Part shown: positions 44,214-52,963 of the stretch, piece by piece
How positions within the stretch are numbered: the first letter of the stretch is position 1
How the letters are laid out: every line of letters begins with the position of its first letter
From: a virus
Taxonomy: Duplodnaviria; Caudoviricetes
Virus record (IMG/VR): IMGVR_UViG_3300046528_000065
Coordinates: 1-64,000 of that record
DNA length: 64,000 bases
Direction: 5' to 3' (one strand)
The notes under the pieces: generated by a model
What the model saw: the letters and a program-made list of their open reading frames with translations, nothing else
Told to the model about the DNA's origin: nothing
The model's database searches: none
Translations under genes and position numbers: made by a program

Positions 44214-44241
44214 TTGACTTTTGTGTTTCTTAGGCTACAAT
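44214..44241 (+). promoter_or_regulatory. sigma70-like promoter at the start of the late block
   Basis: TTGACT-N16-TACAAT. Confidence 0.7.
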
Positions 44242-44271
44242 TCAACTGTTAAGAATTTTAAGGAGCAACCT

Positions 44272-44655
44272 GTGGGTAAGCTTGTAACAACAAAAGAAAA
44301 GCCATTGTTCCGGCAGACTCACGAGCTTGCCAAGGCTGTGAGGAGCCTCAAGAGGCTGTCTACCAAGGCGATTGAGGTGCTTGAGAAGGCCCTAACTAGT
44401 AACGATGAGAAGACTAGGATGCTGGCAGCCGACAAGATTCTTAGCTACTATGAAAAGATGGCTAAGGAAACAAACCAAGACCAACTCAACAGGCTCATCC
44501 TGGAAATTAAGAGCTCGGGGATGATTGGACAAGGCTCTACAGCGGACGATGATGACACCCCTGTGCTCAACTTTGACGAGATTCACCCTTCGTTCAGGGA
44601 TGTATCGGATGCTGAGAATGTTGTAGATTTGAGCGATGTGAACAAGATTGGTTAA
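44272..44655 (+). CDS. putative terminase small subunit
   Basis: First gene of the late block, upstream of terL; helical; GTG start after AAGGAG. Positional inference only. Confidence 0.5.
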   Translation: MGKLVTTKEKPLFRQTHELAKAVRSLKRLSTKAIEVLEKALTSNDEKTRMLAADKILSYYEKMAKETNQDQLNRLILEIKSSGMIGQGSTADDDDTPVLNFDEIHPSFRDVSDAENVVDLSDVNKIG

Positions 44656-44662
44656 GAATTGT

Positions 44663-44691
44663 TTGACAAGAATCTTATAAGGGTGTACAAT
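44663..44691 (+). promoter_or_regulatory. sigma70 promoter of the RNA cluster
   Basis: TTGACA-N17-TACAAT. Confidence 0.8.
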
Positions 44692-44697
44692 TCTGTT

Positions 44698-44823
44698 TGT
44701 TGGGAATGCGTAGGCTGATACGCAAGTAAGCAACCGATGGTGACGTAGTGTATAAGCCGGTCGCTGCAAGGCTTGAACTGTTAATCGCACCATGCCGGAA
44801 ATCAGCACCGGCCCCAACAGCCA
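44698..44823 (+). ncRNA. tRNA-shaped RNA with an expanded middle domain and encoded CCA
   Basis: 7-bp acceptor TGTTGGG/CCCAACA plus G-CCA; D-like arm TGCGTA/TACGCA; T-like arm GCCGG/CCGGC. Confidence 0.75.
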
Positions 44824-45000
44824 TCCCCTAGAAGACGAGAGAGCATTTGCGGGCTTCTAGATATGTTTGGCTATAGAGTATGCCCTCGACTCTTCCAGAA
44901 CGGGCACGGCTTCTTACGAGGCCGCTTACGAAGACGCTCTCTGGCAGCTAAGTTGCCCTCCTCAACAAGGTTGTTTGGATCGAGCGTCTCCTTAAGCAAA

Positions 45001-45074
45001 GGCGGTCAGATGTTATGGTGGCATGCTAGTTTTGTAGTCTAGTCGTTAGAGTTCGATTCTCTAGATCGCCTCCA
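45001..45074 (+). tRNA. tRNA-Thr(UGU)
   Basis: Acceptor GGCGGTC/GATCGCC; anticodon loop TT-TGT-AG; T arm TAGAG-TTCGATT-CTCTA; CCA end. Confidence 0.85.
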
Positions 45075-45390
45075 CCAAATGCAAAAGCCGTCTTTCGACG
45101 GCCCTCACATAAAGCTGTTCCTCATAAGGCAGAGGTGGCTCAAAAGAAATCCTCCCAGCGCACAATCGCTTTCCTTTCGTTGATTGTAGAGTGGTTTTCC
45201 AAGACGGGGCCAATTACGTCTCAGCAGCTTCATGTGCAGAATGCGCCTGCTGACGCAGGCTGTCAAGAAGAATGTTGTAAGTGAAGGCTCTACTACCTTA
45301 GAGATTGTTAGCGTTGCTGCTGACGAGGCTTCTGCGAGAGGCTAACGAGTTGGGCGGAATTCCCAGCCAATTAGATTACAAGGAGGAAAC

Positions 45391-45588
45391 ATGACATTTC
45401 ACCATGACTGTGGTAAAGGTTCAAGGCCACGAGAGTACAGTGTGACGCAGGAAGAGTTTGGTAAGAAGTTTGATGCGATTGATTGGAGTAAGAAGGCTGA
45501 GGCTTTCATCATTGGCGAAGACGTACCACCGATGACCCAGGAGAAGATTGACGAGCTTAATGCTGTGCTGGATGAATACGAAGAGTAG
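45391..45588 (+). CDS. conserved small phage protein
   Basis: GKGSRPR...EFGKKFDAIDW; AAGGAGG RBS. Confidence 0.75.
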   Translation: MTFHHDCGKGSRPREYSVTQEEFGKKFDAIDWSKKAEAFIIGEDVPPMTQEKIDELNAVLDEYEE

Positions 45589-45909
45589 TCATAAGAATAC
45601 TGGTTGTAGCAGCATCGTCGGAAGTCACTAAGGCCGCCGTGGGCTGACGCTAATACACGTAACAGATTTGCCCGAGGGACAAGCTCCAATGGGCGAGCGC
45701 TGCTTCGGCAGCAATGAGGAGAGGGTGCCTGGATGGGCACTGAAGGGGTCGGGAAGGAAGGTGCTGCGACTCCACCAATTTTATGAGGCTGCACGGCAGG
45801 GATGCTGTGTGGCTTTTTGTTGTTTTCGTGGCGAACGGACTGATCCTCCTTCTAGGGCTGTACTCCCTGGATAGCCACACTATTTTAACTCAGTACAGGA
45901 GTAAACACA

Positions 45910-47031
45910 ATGGCTGTCATTGAAGTTGGTAAGAAATTTGGGAAGCTCGAGGTTGTAGAGAAGGACGGTTTTTGCAAAGCAGTCTGTTCGTGCGAGTGCG
46001 GCACTACGAAGGATTACACATATCACTCTCTGGTCTACGGCGGCAACACATGCTGTGGGTGTACTCATACAGGCAGAGCTGGCGTCAAGAAGAGTAATAG
46101 CCAAGCTATTAGGCTCTCGAAAGAGCTGCATGGCGAAGGCACTTATGGTTACAGCCGGTTCGTCTACACGCACGGTAAGGCCAAGGTTGAACTATTCTGT
46201 AATAAACACCAAGAGTACTTTTCAATCTCTGCAACACAACATCTAAGTCGAACGAGGAAGGGCGGCTGTCAGAAGTGTGCTGTTGGGCGCAGGGCAGACT
46301 TTCATCGGAGTAGTTTAGAAGACTTCGTTACAAAGTCCAAGACTGCACAAGAGTCTCTTGGAAGGTCTTTCGACTACTCCCGTGTCAAGTACGAGACAGC
46401 AAGAATTAAGGTAGAGATTGGGTGTAATGCCTGTGGTACATGGTTCTGGCAGACACCTCACAGCCACTCCATCGGCAAGGGCTGCACCAACTGCAAGAAT
46501 ATAAAGCTTGCCAGCGACCGTAAACACACGAAAGAACAGTTTGTAGATGAGGCCAGAAAAGTTGTTGGTGATAGGTATTGCTTCGACCTTGTGGAATATA
46601 AAAACGCGAGGACTTACGTGAATGTTATCTGCAATGACTGTGGAGAAACTTTCAAAAAGAAGCCGATGGAAATTCTAAACGGGCACGGTTGCAGGTGCCA
46701 CGCTGTACCGTGTGGGTACAAGAGCGCTGAACCTGGAAATCTGTACGTGCTAACTTGTGAAGGTATGACCAAAGTGGGCATTACTAATCTTAACCCACAC
46801 GACCGTGCAAAAACCGTCAGCAAATCATTTGGTAAAGACTTTGTAGTGCTCACGTATTTCACAATGGATGGGCAGGAGTGCACGGACCTCGAAACAACGC
46901 TATTACAGGAGCTCAGGAATGAATATGAGAGTCCTAGTGAGAAGTTCGACGGATACACTGAAACATTTTATTTCGTAGATAGACCCAAGTTGATCTGTCG
47001 AATTAAGGAGATACTGAATGACTCAAAATAA
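45910..47031 (+). CDS. homing endonuclease: Zn-ribbon (DUF723-like) repeats plus C-terminal GIY-YIG/T5orf172-like nuclease
   Basis: Repeats of F...Y..V.Y...CxxC; LYVL...KVGIT...R...E. Confidence 0.8.
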   Translation: MAVIEVGKKFGKLEVVEKDGFCKAVCSCECGTTKDYTYHSLVYGGNTCCGCTHTGRAGVKKSNSQAIRLSKELHGEGTYGYSRFVYTHGKAKVELFCNKHQEYFSISATQHLSRTRKGGCQKCAVGRRADFHRSSLEDFVTKSKTAQESLGRSFDYSRVKYETARIKVEIGCNACGTWFWQTPHSHSIGKGCTNCKNIKLASDRKHTKEQFVDEARKVVGDRYCFDLVEYKNARTYVNVICNDCGETFKKKPMEILNGHGCRCHAVPCGYKSAEPGNLYVLTCEGMTKVGITNLNPHDRAKTVSKSFGKDFVVLTYFTMDGQECTDLETTLLQELRNEYESPSEKFDGYTETFYFVDRPKLICRIKEILNDSK

Positions 47032-48478
47032 AAAAGAAAAAAAGGTCATTGGACCCAAGAGCGAAAAGCAACGAATGATCCTTCAGGATAATAGCACGGA
47101 TGTGCTATTATGTGGCGGGGGTGCCGGGGGCTCGAAAAGTTATACTTGCCTTTTGAAGGCACTCAAGTATGTCCAAGACCCTGCCGCACGCGTTTTGATC
47201 GTGAGGGAATCTTATCCCGTTTTAAAATTACCGGGCGGCCTCGTGGACGAATCCCAACGGATATACAGGGAGTTCGGTGCGGAATTTAAGATTCAGGCTT
47301 TAACCTGGGTTTTTAAAAACGGGGCTGAAATCAAGTTTTCCGCGATTCCACAGAACATTGAAGAGTGGCAGGGATTACAGGCTAGTCACATTTTAGTTGA
47401 CGAAGCGGCAAGTCAGACAGAGCACGTTATCCTCTTCTTGCTGAGCCGCCTCCGCAGCGGATCGTATAAAGGTCATATGAATTTGACCATGACATGCAAC
47501 CCGGATAGGAATAGTTTTCTGTATAACTGGCTTTGTGATTACTGCTTGGACCCAGAGACAGGTATTCCCGTGGAGGGGACTGAAGATATTGTCAGGTACT
47601 TCGTCAGTATTGATGGCGTTCTTAAGTGGGGAAACTCTAAGCAAGAATTGTACGATAAATACGGACAAGGGACGACTCTCGGAAAAGATTTTTTGCCAAA
47701 ATCGTTTAAATTTATTCCCCTCACCGTTTATGATAATCCGACGCTCCTAAAGAACAATCCAGATTATCTGGCGAACCTAATGGCACAGCCGCGAGTCAAC
47801 CAACAAAGATACCTCCACGGTAGTTGGACTGCTCGCCCTAGTACAAGCTCTTATTTTTCTAGAAGCTGGGTTGAATTCATCGATGCAGCACCTACAGAAG
47901 ATATTGTGGGGAGAGTGCGAAGCTACGATATCGCGGCAACAGAAAAATCTGAGCAAAATAAAGACCCCGACTACACAGCAGGCGTGAAAGTCTCGCGGGA
48001 TAAGCAGGGTGTGTACTATATTGAACACGCTAGGCGTTACCGTAAGAAGCCAGATGGTGTTTTGAAGGAGATTATCGCTACTGCAAAAGAAGATGGCCTA
48101 GACGTACCTGTAACGATCCCTCGTGATCCTGGGGCGGGCGGGGTTATCGCAAATCGATTCTTCGTATCGACCCTTACAGAGGCTGGTGTCACAGTCAAGT
48201 CCATCCAAACTTCGGGACACACCAGTAAGGTGAATGGATTCTTGCCATTCAGTGCATTGGCTGAGGCCGGTATGGTGAAGGTAGTGCGGGACACACCGAA
48301 TGACAGGTATTTGGATGACATGTTGATGGAGATGGAGTACTTCACCGGAGGCCGGAACGAGCACAATGACTTTTGTGACGCAATTTCAGCGGCGTTCTCT
48401 ACGTTGATGAAACAGAACACAATCCCAACCTTCTCCATCCCAACCTTCACAACATCATCACCAATCCCCTCCCTATAA
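47018..48478 (+). CDS. terL: terminase large subunit
   Basis: Walker A GGGAGGSKS; Walker B ILVDEA; TCNP; nuclease DIAAT...HNDFCDA. Confidence 0.93.
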   Translation: MTQNKKEKKVIGPKSEKQRMILQDNSTDVLLCGGGAGGSKSYTCLLKALKYVQDPAARVLIVRESYPVLKLPGGLVDESQRIYREFGAEFKIQALTWVFKNGAEIKFSAIPQNIEEWQGLQASHILVDEAASQTEHVILFLLSRLRSGSYKGHMNLTMTCNPDRNSFLYNWLCDYCLDPETGIPVEGTEDIVRYFVSIDGVLKWGNSKQELYDKYGQGTTLGKDFLPKSFKFIPLTVYDNPTLLKNNPDYLANLMAQPRVNQQRYLHGSWTARPSTSSYFSRSWVEFIDAAPTEDIVGRVRSYDIAATEKSEQNKDPDYTAGVKVSRDKQGVYYIEHARRYRKKPDGVLKEIIATAKEDGLDVPVTIPRDPGAGGVIANRFFVSTLTEAGVTVKSIQTSGHTSKVNGFLPFSALAEAGMVKVVRDTPNDRYLDDMLMEMEYFTGGRNEHNDFCDAISAAFSTLMKQNTIPTFSIPTFTTSSPIPSL

Positions 48479-48509
48479 TAACACCCTTACGCTGTCTTGT
48501 GTCACTAAT

Positions 48510-48537
48510 TTGACATAGAACATTCTTATGATACAAT
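48510..48537 (+). promoter_or_regulatory. late-type promoter
   Basis: TTGACA-N16-TACAAT with CATTCTTATG in the spacer. Confidence 0.75.
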
Positions 48538-48564
48538 TCAGCCTAACGAACAAAAGGAGCACTA

Positions 48565-50046
48565 ATGGCAGCTAAAAAGAAGCCTAAAGATTCCACGGCG
48601 GCTTTGGCTGCTGACGAAGGTGCTGTAATCCCTCGCCTAGCATTAGGCGAAATGGGCTTCCCCGGCCTTAAAAATTACAACGGGCGCATTGCAGAAGAGG
48701 TTAATGCAGCCTTCCAGTTCCCCCGCTTCTTCTGCACGATTGAAGAGATGCGCCGTACAGCGATTATTGCATCTGCACTCGGCGCATACAAGTTCCTCAT
48801 CTCCAGCGTGCAATGGCCTGTGGTGCCGCCTGTGGGCGCGACTGACGAGCAGATTGCTCGTGCAAAATACGTAGAGTCCCTCAAAGACGATATGGAAATT
48901 AGCTGGGACGACTTCATTGCTGATACGTTTGAGTATATCCCATACGGTCACAGTGTACAAGAAAAAGTTTGGCGTCGTAGACTGCTTAAGAACGGTTCAC
49001 GCTTCAATGACGGCAAGGTGGGCCTACGAAAGCTATCTCCACGTGCGCAAGAGACACTCACCAAGTGGGAATTCTCAGAAGACGGGCGTGACCTCCTGGC
49101 AGTGTATCAGTCGCTGTCTCGTATGCAGAACGGCCACCTGTACACCAACAATGCAATCGACGGAATGATCCGTATCCCCCGTGAGAAGTTCCTGCTCTTT
49201 ACAGCAGACTCCACCCGTGGAAACCCTCTCGGTAACTCTATCCTCAAAGGCGTTTATCTGGCTTACAAGCAGATGTCGATGCTAAAGGATACCGAAATTC
49301 TTGGCATTGCAAAGGAGGCGGCAGGACTCCCACTTATCCGCATCCCTGCAAAGTACATGGCGGCTGATGCCAGCGACGAGGACAAGCAAGTTTATGAAGC
49401 TTGCAAACTAATCCTCAAGAACCTGTCGAACGGAACGAGTGAGGGTATCGTATTCCCTACCGCGATTGACCAGGACTCTAAGAAAGATATGTTTGACATC
49501 TCCCTCCTCGAAAAGAAGGGTGTGAATGGTGCAAACATCGATGTGGTCATACGCCGCTACCAAGACGAAATTTTATCTGCACTGTCTGTAGACATTCTCA
49601 AAGCTGGTAGCAACATTGGCAGCTTCTCTTTCGCAGACGGAGACACTAACGTTCTAGCACTGGCTATTCGACACAGACTGAATGAAATCGCCAACGTTTT
49701 GAATAATGATCTTATCCCTTCGATCTTTAAAATGAATGGTTGGACTGACGAGATTCTTCCTCGCTTCGTCCCATCAGACATCTCTAAGCAGAGCCTCGAT
49801 GAACTCGGAAAGTTTATTCAGCGCACGGCAAGTGTTGGCCTCGTGGAAGTTAGCCGAAACGTTCTTAACAAAGTTAATGACGCTCTTGGTGTTCCTCTTG
49901 AACCTTCTGATAAGCCTGTTGATAAAGAGAACCTCTCTATGGCTACCTCGAACGGTGGCGAAGGTATGAAAACTGCCGGGGAAGGGACTGCCAAGAAACC
50001 GGGTGCGAAAGACTCCAGCACGCAAAATTCAGAAAATGCTTCGTAA
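48565..50046 (+). CDS. portal protein (DUF935-like)
   Basis: Follows terL; 493 aa; YGHSVQEKVW; GNPLGNSILKGVY. Confidence 0.85.
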   Translation: MAAKKKPKDSTAALAADEGAVIPRLALGEMGFPGLKNYNGRIAEEVNAAFQFPRFFCTIEEMRRTAIIASALGAYKFLISSVQWPVVPPVGATDEQIARAKYVESLKDDMEISWDDFIADTFEYIPYGHSVQEKVWRRRLLKNGSRFNDGKVGLRKLSPRAQETLTKWEFSEDGRDLLAVYQSLSRMQNGHLYTNNAIDGMIRIPREKFLLFTADSTRGNPLGNSILKGVYLAYKQMSMLKDTEILGIAKEAAGLPLIRIPAKYMAADASDEDKQVYEACKLILKNLSNGTSEGIVFPTAIDQDSKKDMFDISLLEKKGVNGANIDVVIRRYQDEILSALSVDILKAGSNIGSFSFADGDTNVLALAIRHRLNEIANVLNNDLIPSIFKMNGWTDEILPRFVPSDISKQSLDELGKFIQRTASVGLVEVSRNVLNKVNDALGVPLEPSDKPVDKENLSMATSNGGEGMKTAGEGTAKKPGAKDSSTQNSENAS

Positions 50047-50054
50047 GGAACAGA

Positions 50055-50903
50055 ATGATCTTCCAGAATAAAATTCTACGTTTGACAGAAGACATTCTGT
50101 CCCGCCCTCAACTAATCACACCTGAAGCCTATTCGGTTATTACAGACTACCTGTACAGCCGTAACGATGGGCTTCTAATCAAACCTGAGCTTAGCACTGA
50201 TGGCAACGGTAGGCAAGCGAATTATGACGTTAAAGCGGGCGTAGGTGTTATCGACATCGCTGGCTCGCTGTCTGCTAAGCCTGTACAGACACTCTGCGGC
50301 GAAGTAGGTACGTCCTACCAAGCCGTCTTGGATCAAACCGAAGAGATGCTTGCTGCCGGAATCAAGACGATTGTTATGAACGTCAGTTCTGGGGGCGGCG
50401 AAGCCTACAACTGTTTTTATTCCGTGCAAGCCTTCCGCAACATGGTGGATGAAGCTGGAGCAACAGTGTATGGCTTTGCTGACGGTATTGCTGCCAGTGC
50501 TGCGTATGCATGGTTCTGCGCTTGCGATGAAGCCTACGCCCACCCTGACGCTGAGACTGGCTCGATTGGTGTTGTGTGCGCGATTATGGATAACAGCAAG
50601 CAATTGGAACAGAACGGCCTGAAACGTATCTACGTGCACGCTGGTGAATCCAAAGTACCTTATGCAGCCGATGGCAGTATTCGCCCTGAGTTCATCGCTG
50701 ACCTCCAATACAAGATTGACTCGCTCTACGAAAACTTTGTGGCTCACGTTGAAACCTACACAGGTTTATCCGCTGATGCAATCAAAGCTACTGAGGCTAA
50801 AACATTCCTGTCCAAAGACGCCGTTAAGCTTGGTCTTATCGATGGCATCTTCACTGAACAAGAATTCCAAGACTACGTGTCCACGAAACTAAAAGGAGCT
50901 TAA
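50055..50903 (+). CDS. S49-family prohead maturation protease
   Basis: SSGGG; AASAAY; TGSIGV; K motif; between portal and capsid. Confidence 0.9.
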   Translation: MIFQNKILRLTEDILSRPQLITPEAYSVITDYLYSRNDGLLIKPELSTDGNGRQANYDVKAGVGVIDIAGSLSAKPVQTLCGEVGTSYQAVLDQTEEMLAAGIKTIVMNVSSGGGEAYNCFYSVQAFRNMVDEAGATVYGFADGIAASAAYAWFCACDEAYAHPDAETGSIGVVCAIMDNSKQLEQNGLKRIYVHAGESKVPYAADGSIRPEFIADLQYKIDSLYENFVAHVETYTGLSADAIKATEAKTFLSKDAVKLGLIDGIFTEQEFQDYVSTKLKGA

Positions 50904-51413
50904 ATGCTTAATGGATTGAAAAAGAAGTTGGGCATTGTGTCCGACAACAACCAAGAGGAGAAAGTCGAAATGACTGAAACCAATCAGGCAGAAATGTCTG
51001 TCATCACAGCAGAACTGACTGAACTGAAAGCAACCTTTGCTCAGGTTTCGGCAACTCTGGCTGACACTCAAGCGCAATTGGAAGCTGCTACTACTGCACT
51101 CGCTTCTGTTGCTGCGGAAAAGGAAGCTGTTGAGGCGGCTGCGAAGCAAGCCAAGATGGATGCTCGTATGACCAAGCTGGTCAGTGCTGTTGGCGATGAA
51201 CGCGCTGTTGCACTGATGGCTGCAACTGAACAACTGGACGATGCTGCTTTTGATGCTGTTGCCACTGCTGTGACGGTGAATATGGATAAAGAAGCTGAGT
51301 CGGAGATGTTTTCGGAGGCAGGAGTTGACGCTCAAGCTGCGCCGGTTGTTGAAAAAGATGCTGTATCCCGACTGGCAGAAAACATTGCTGCCCAATTCAA
51401 TCTTAAGAAATAA
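50904..51413 (+). CDS. putative scaffold-like coiled-coil protein
   Basis: Ala/Glu-rich helical ORF between protease and decoration protein. Confidence 0.6.
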   Translation: MLNGLKKKLGIVSDNNQEEKVEMTETNQAEMSVITAELTELKATFAQVSATLADTQAQLEAATTALASVAAEKEAVEAAAKQAKMDARMTKLVSAVGDERAVALMAATEQLDDAAFDAVATAVTVNMDKEAESEMFSEAGVDAQAAPVVEKDAVSRLAENIAAQFNLKK

Positions 51414-51424
51414 AGGAAATACAA

Positions 51425-51841
51425 ATGGCTGTGATTATGAATGACACCCAACGCTACTCGAATGTTGTGAAACGTGAGCAGGGTGCAGAGTATGGCTACT
51501 GCAAGCAAGTTGTCACCCTGAATGGCCCTGCCGCTACCCTGCCTATCGGCACCGTGCTGGGCAAGGTTACTGCAACCGGCAAGTATAAAGTTGTTGAGGC
51601 TTCGGCAAACGATGGTTCGCAAGTGGCTGTTGCTGTTCTGGTCGGTGATTCGATGGGCCATCCCCTGTCGGTCGCACTGCCTGCAACCACCGATACTAAG
51701 GTTCTGGTTATCTACCGTGGCCCAGTCGCTGTCGCTGATGCAGCACTGACCTTCGGTGCGAGTGTCACTCCTGGTGCACTGACTCAAGCAGCTTACGCTC
51801 AACTGGCTGCTGTCGGTATCGACGTGCTGACCCAAATCTAA
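51425..51841 (+). CDS. head decoration protein (lambda gpD-like position)
   Basis: GTVLGKVTATGKY...DGSQVAVAVL; precedes the capsid gene. Confidence 0.8.
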   Translation: MAVIMNDTQRYSNVVKREQGAEYGYCKQVVTLNGPAATLPIGTVLGKVTATGKYKVVEASANDGSQVAVAVLVGDSMGHPLSVALPATTDTKVLVIYRGPVAVADAALTFGASVTPGALTQAAYAQLAAVGIDVLTQI

Positions 51842-51865
51842 TTAACAAGTTTAAAGGAAATAACA

Positions 51866-52900
51866 ATGCTGGTTCGTAGCCCACTTAATAATTACGATGT
51901 TGTAGACCTCACCGCAGCAGTTCGTAACATCCCCATCCAGTATGGTACTTTCAACCAGATGGGTATTTTCACGGAAGAAGGCGTCGCTGCTGACACCGTG
52001 ATGTTTGAAGAAACCACTCAAGACGGTGCACTGGTTGTTGACCGTGTTCGTGGTGAGAAAAACAGCGTCAGCAAAGACGGCAAGCGCAAGGCACACACCT
52101 TTGCTATTCCGCACTTCCCGCTGGATGACCATATCTCGCCTAAAGACCTGCAATCTAAATCGGCTTATGACAACTTCAACGAAGTTGAGCAACTGGATGC
52201 AGTGCGTCAGCGTAAGCTGGTTCGTATGCGCCAGAACCACGATTGGACCCTGAACAAAGCACGTGCACAGGCACTGTTCCAAGGCACCGCCTATGCGCCG
52301 AACGGTACGATTTTCCAAGACTGGAACACAGAGTTCAACGTCACACGCACCGAAGTTGACTTCGCTCTGGGCACCGCTGGCACCGAAGTGCTGGCTAAGA
52401 TTGAACTGGTCATCCAGGCTGTGCATGACGGTATGGGCGGTAATGGTGTGTTCTCGGGCATCATCGTCCCTTGCGACACCGGCTTCTTCAACAAGCTGAT
52501 TACCCACGCTTCGGTGAAAGCTGCCTGGACCTACGCTCAAGCTAACTCGGCAGGCAACGACCCTATCCGTGGCCGTCTGGCTGCTAATGGTTCGCCTATG
52601 CCTAACGGTCGGGAGTTCTTCTTCGGCGGCGTCCTGTTCCGTGAAGTGCGTGACTCGTACAACGGCACCAAGATTGTTACCACCAACGAAGGCGTCGCTG
52701 TCCCACAAGGCTCGGACATGTTCCGTACCTACTTTGCCCCTGCTGAGCGTTTTGGTCTGGTGAACACTCAAGGTGAGAAGATGTACGCTTTTGAACAAGC
52801 TGCACCTAACGGCACCAAGATTGAAATCGAAACAGAGTCGAACTTCATCAACGCTGTGCTGCGCCCTCAGTCGGTCATCCGTACCTTCTCGTCTAACTAA
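51866..52900 (+). CDS. major capsid protein (lambda gpE-like family)
   Basis: 344 aa; DLTAAV...F.QMGIF; IPHFPLDD; biased codon usage. Confidence 0.9.
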   Translation: MLVRSPLNNYDVVDLTAAVRNIPIQYGTFNQMGIFTEEGVAADTVMFEETTQDGALVVDRVRGEKNSVSKDGKRKAHTFAIPHFPLDDHISPKDLQSKSAYDNFNEVEQLDAVRQRKLVRMRQNHDWTLNKARAQALFQGTAYAPNGTIFQDWNTEFNVTRTEVDFALGTAGTEVLAKIELVIQAVHDGMGGNGVFSGIIVPCDTGFFNKLITHASVKAAWTYAQANSAGNDPIRGRLAANGSPMPNGREFFFGGVLFREVRDSYNGTKIVTTNEGVAVPQGSDMFRTYFAPAERFGLVNTQGEKMYAFEQAAPNGTKIEIETESNFINAVLRPQSVIRTFSSN

Positions 52901-52916
52901 TCTAAGTTAGTCACTG

Positions 52917-52943
52917 AAACGCCTTCTTTGAGGGCGTTTTGTT
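52917..52943 (+). terminator. intrinsic terminator after the capsid gene
   Basis: AAACGCCTTC-TTT-GAGGGCGTTTT. Confidence 0.8.
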
Positions 52944-52963
52944 GATTCTACTTAGGAGAACTT

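Noticed and set aside
45318-45345. CTGACGA resembles a hammerhead ribozyme core
   Set aside because: No GAAA follows stem II, so the catalytic core is incomplete.
45084-45370. Possible tmRNA
   Set aside because: No tRNA-Ala-like acceptor pairing between the ends and no tag reading frame identified.
45735-45758. GGCACTG...GGGAAGG resembles the cobalamin riboswitch B12 box
   Set aside because: The upstream conserved riboswitch core cannot be found, and the downstream gene is not B12-related.
45747-45760. GGTCGGGAAGGAAG resembles the SRP RNA domain IV core (GGTCCGGAAGGAAG)
   Set aside because: The flanking CAGG and CAGC elements and the long SRP hairpin are absent.
45590-47031. Possible group I intron containing the endonuclease
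   Set aside because: No recognisable P7 (R/S) elements and no interrupted host gene; terL and the upstream ORF are intact.
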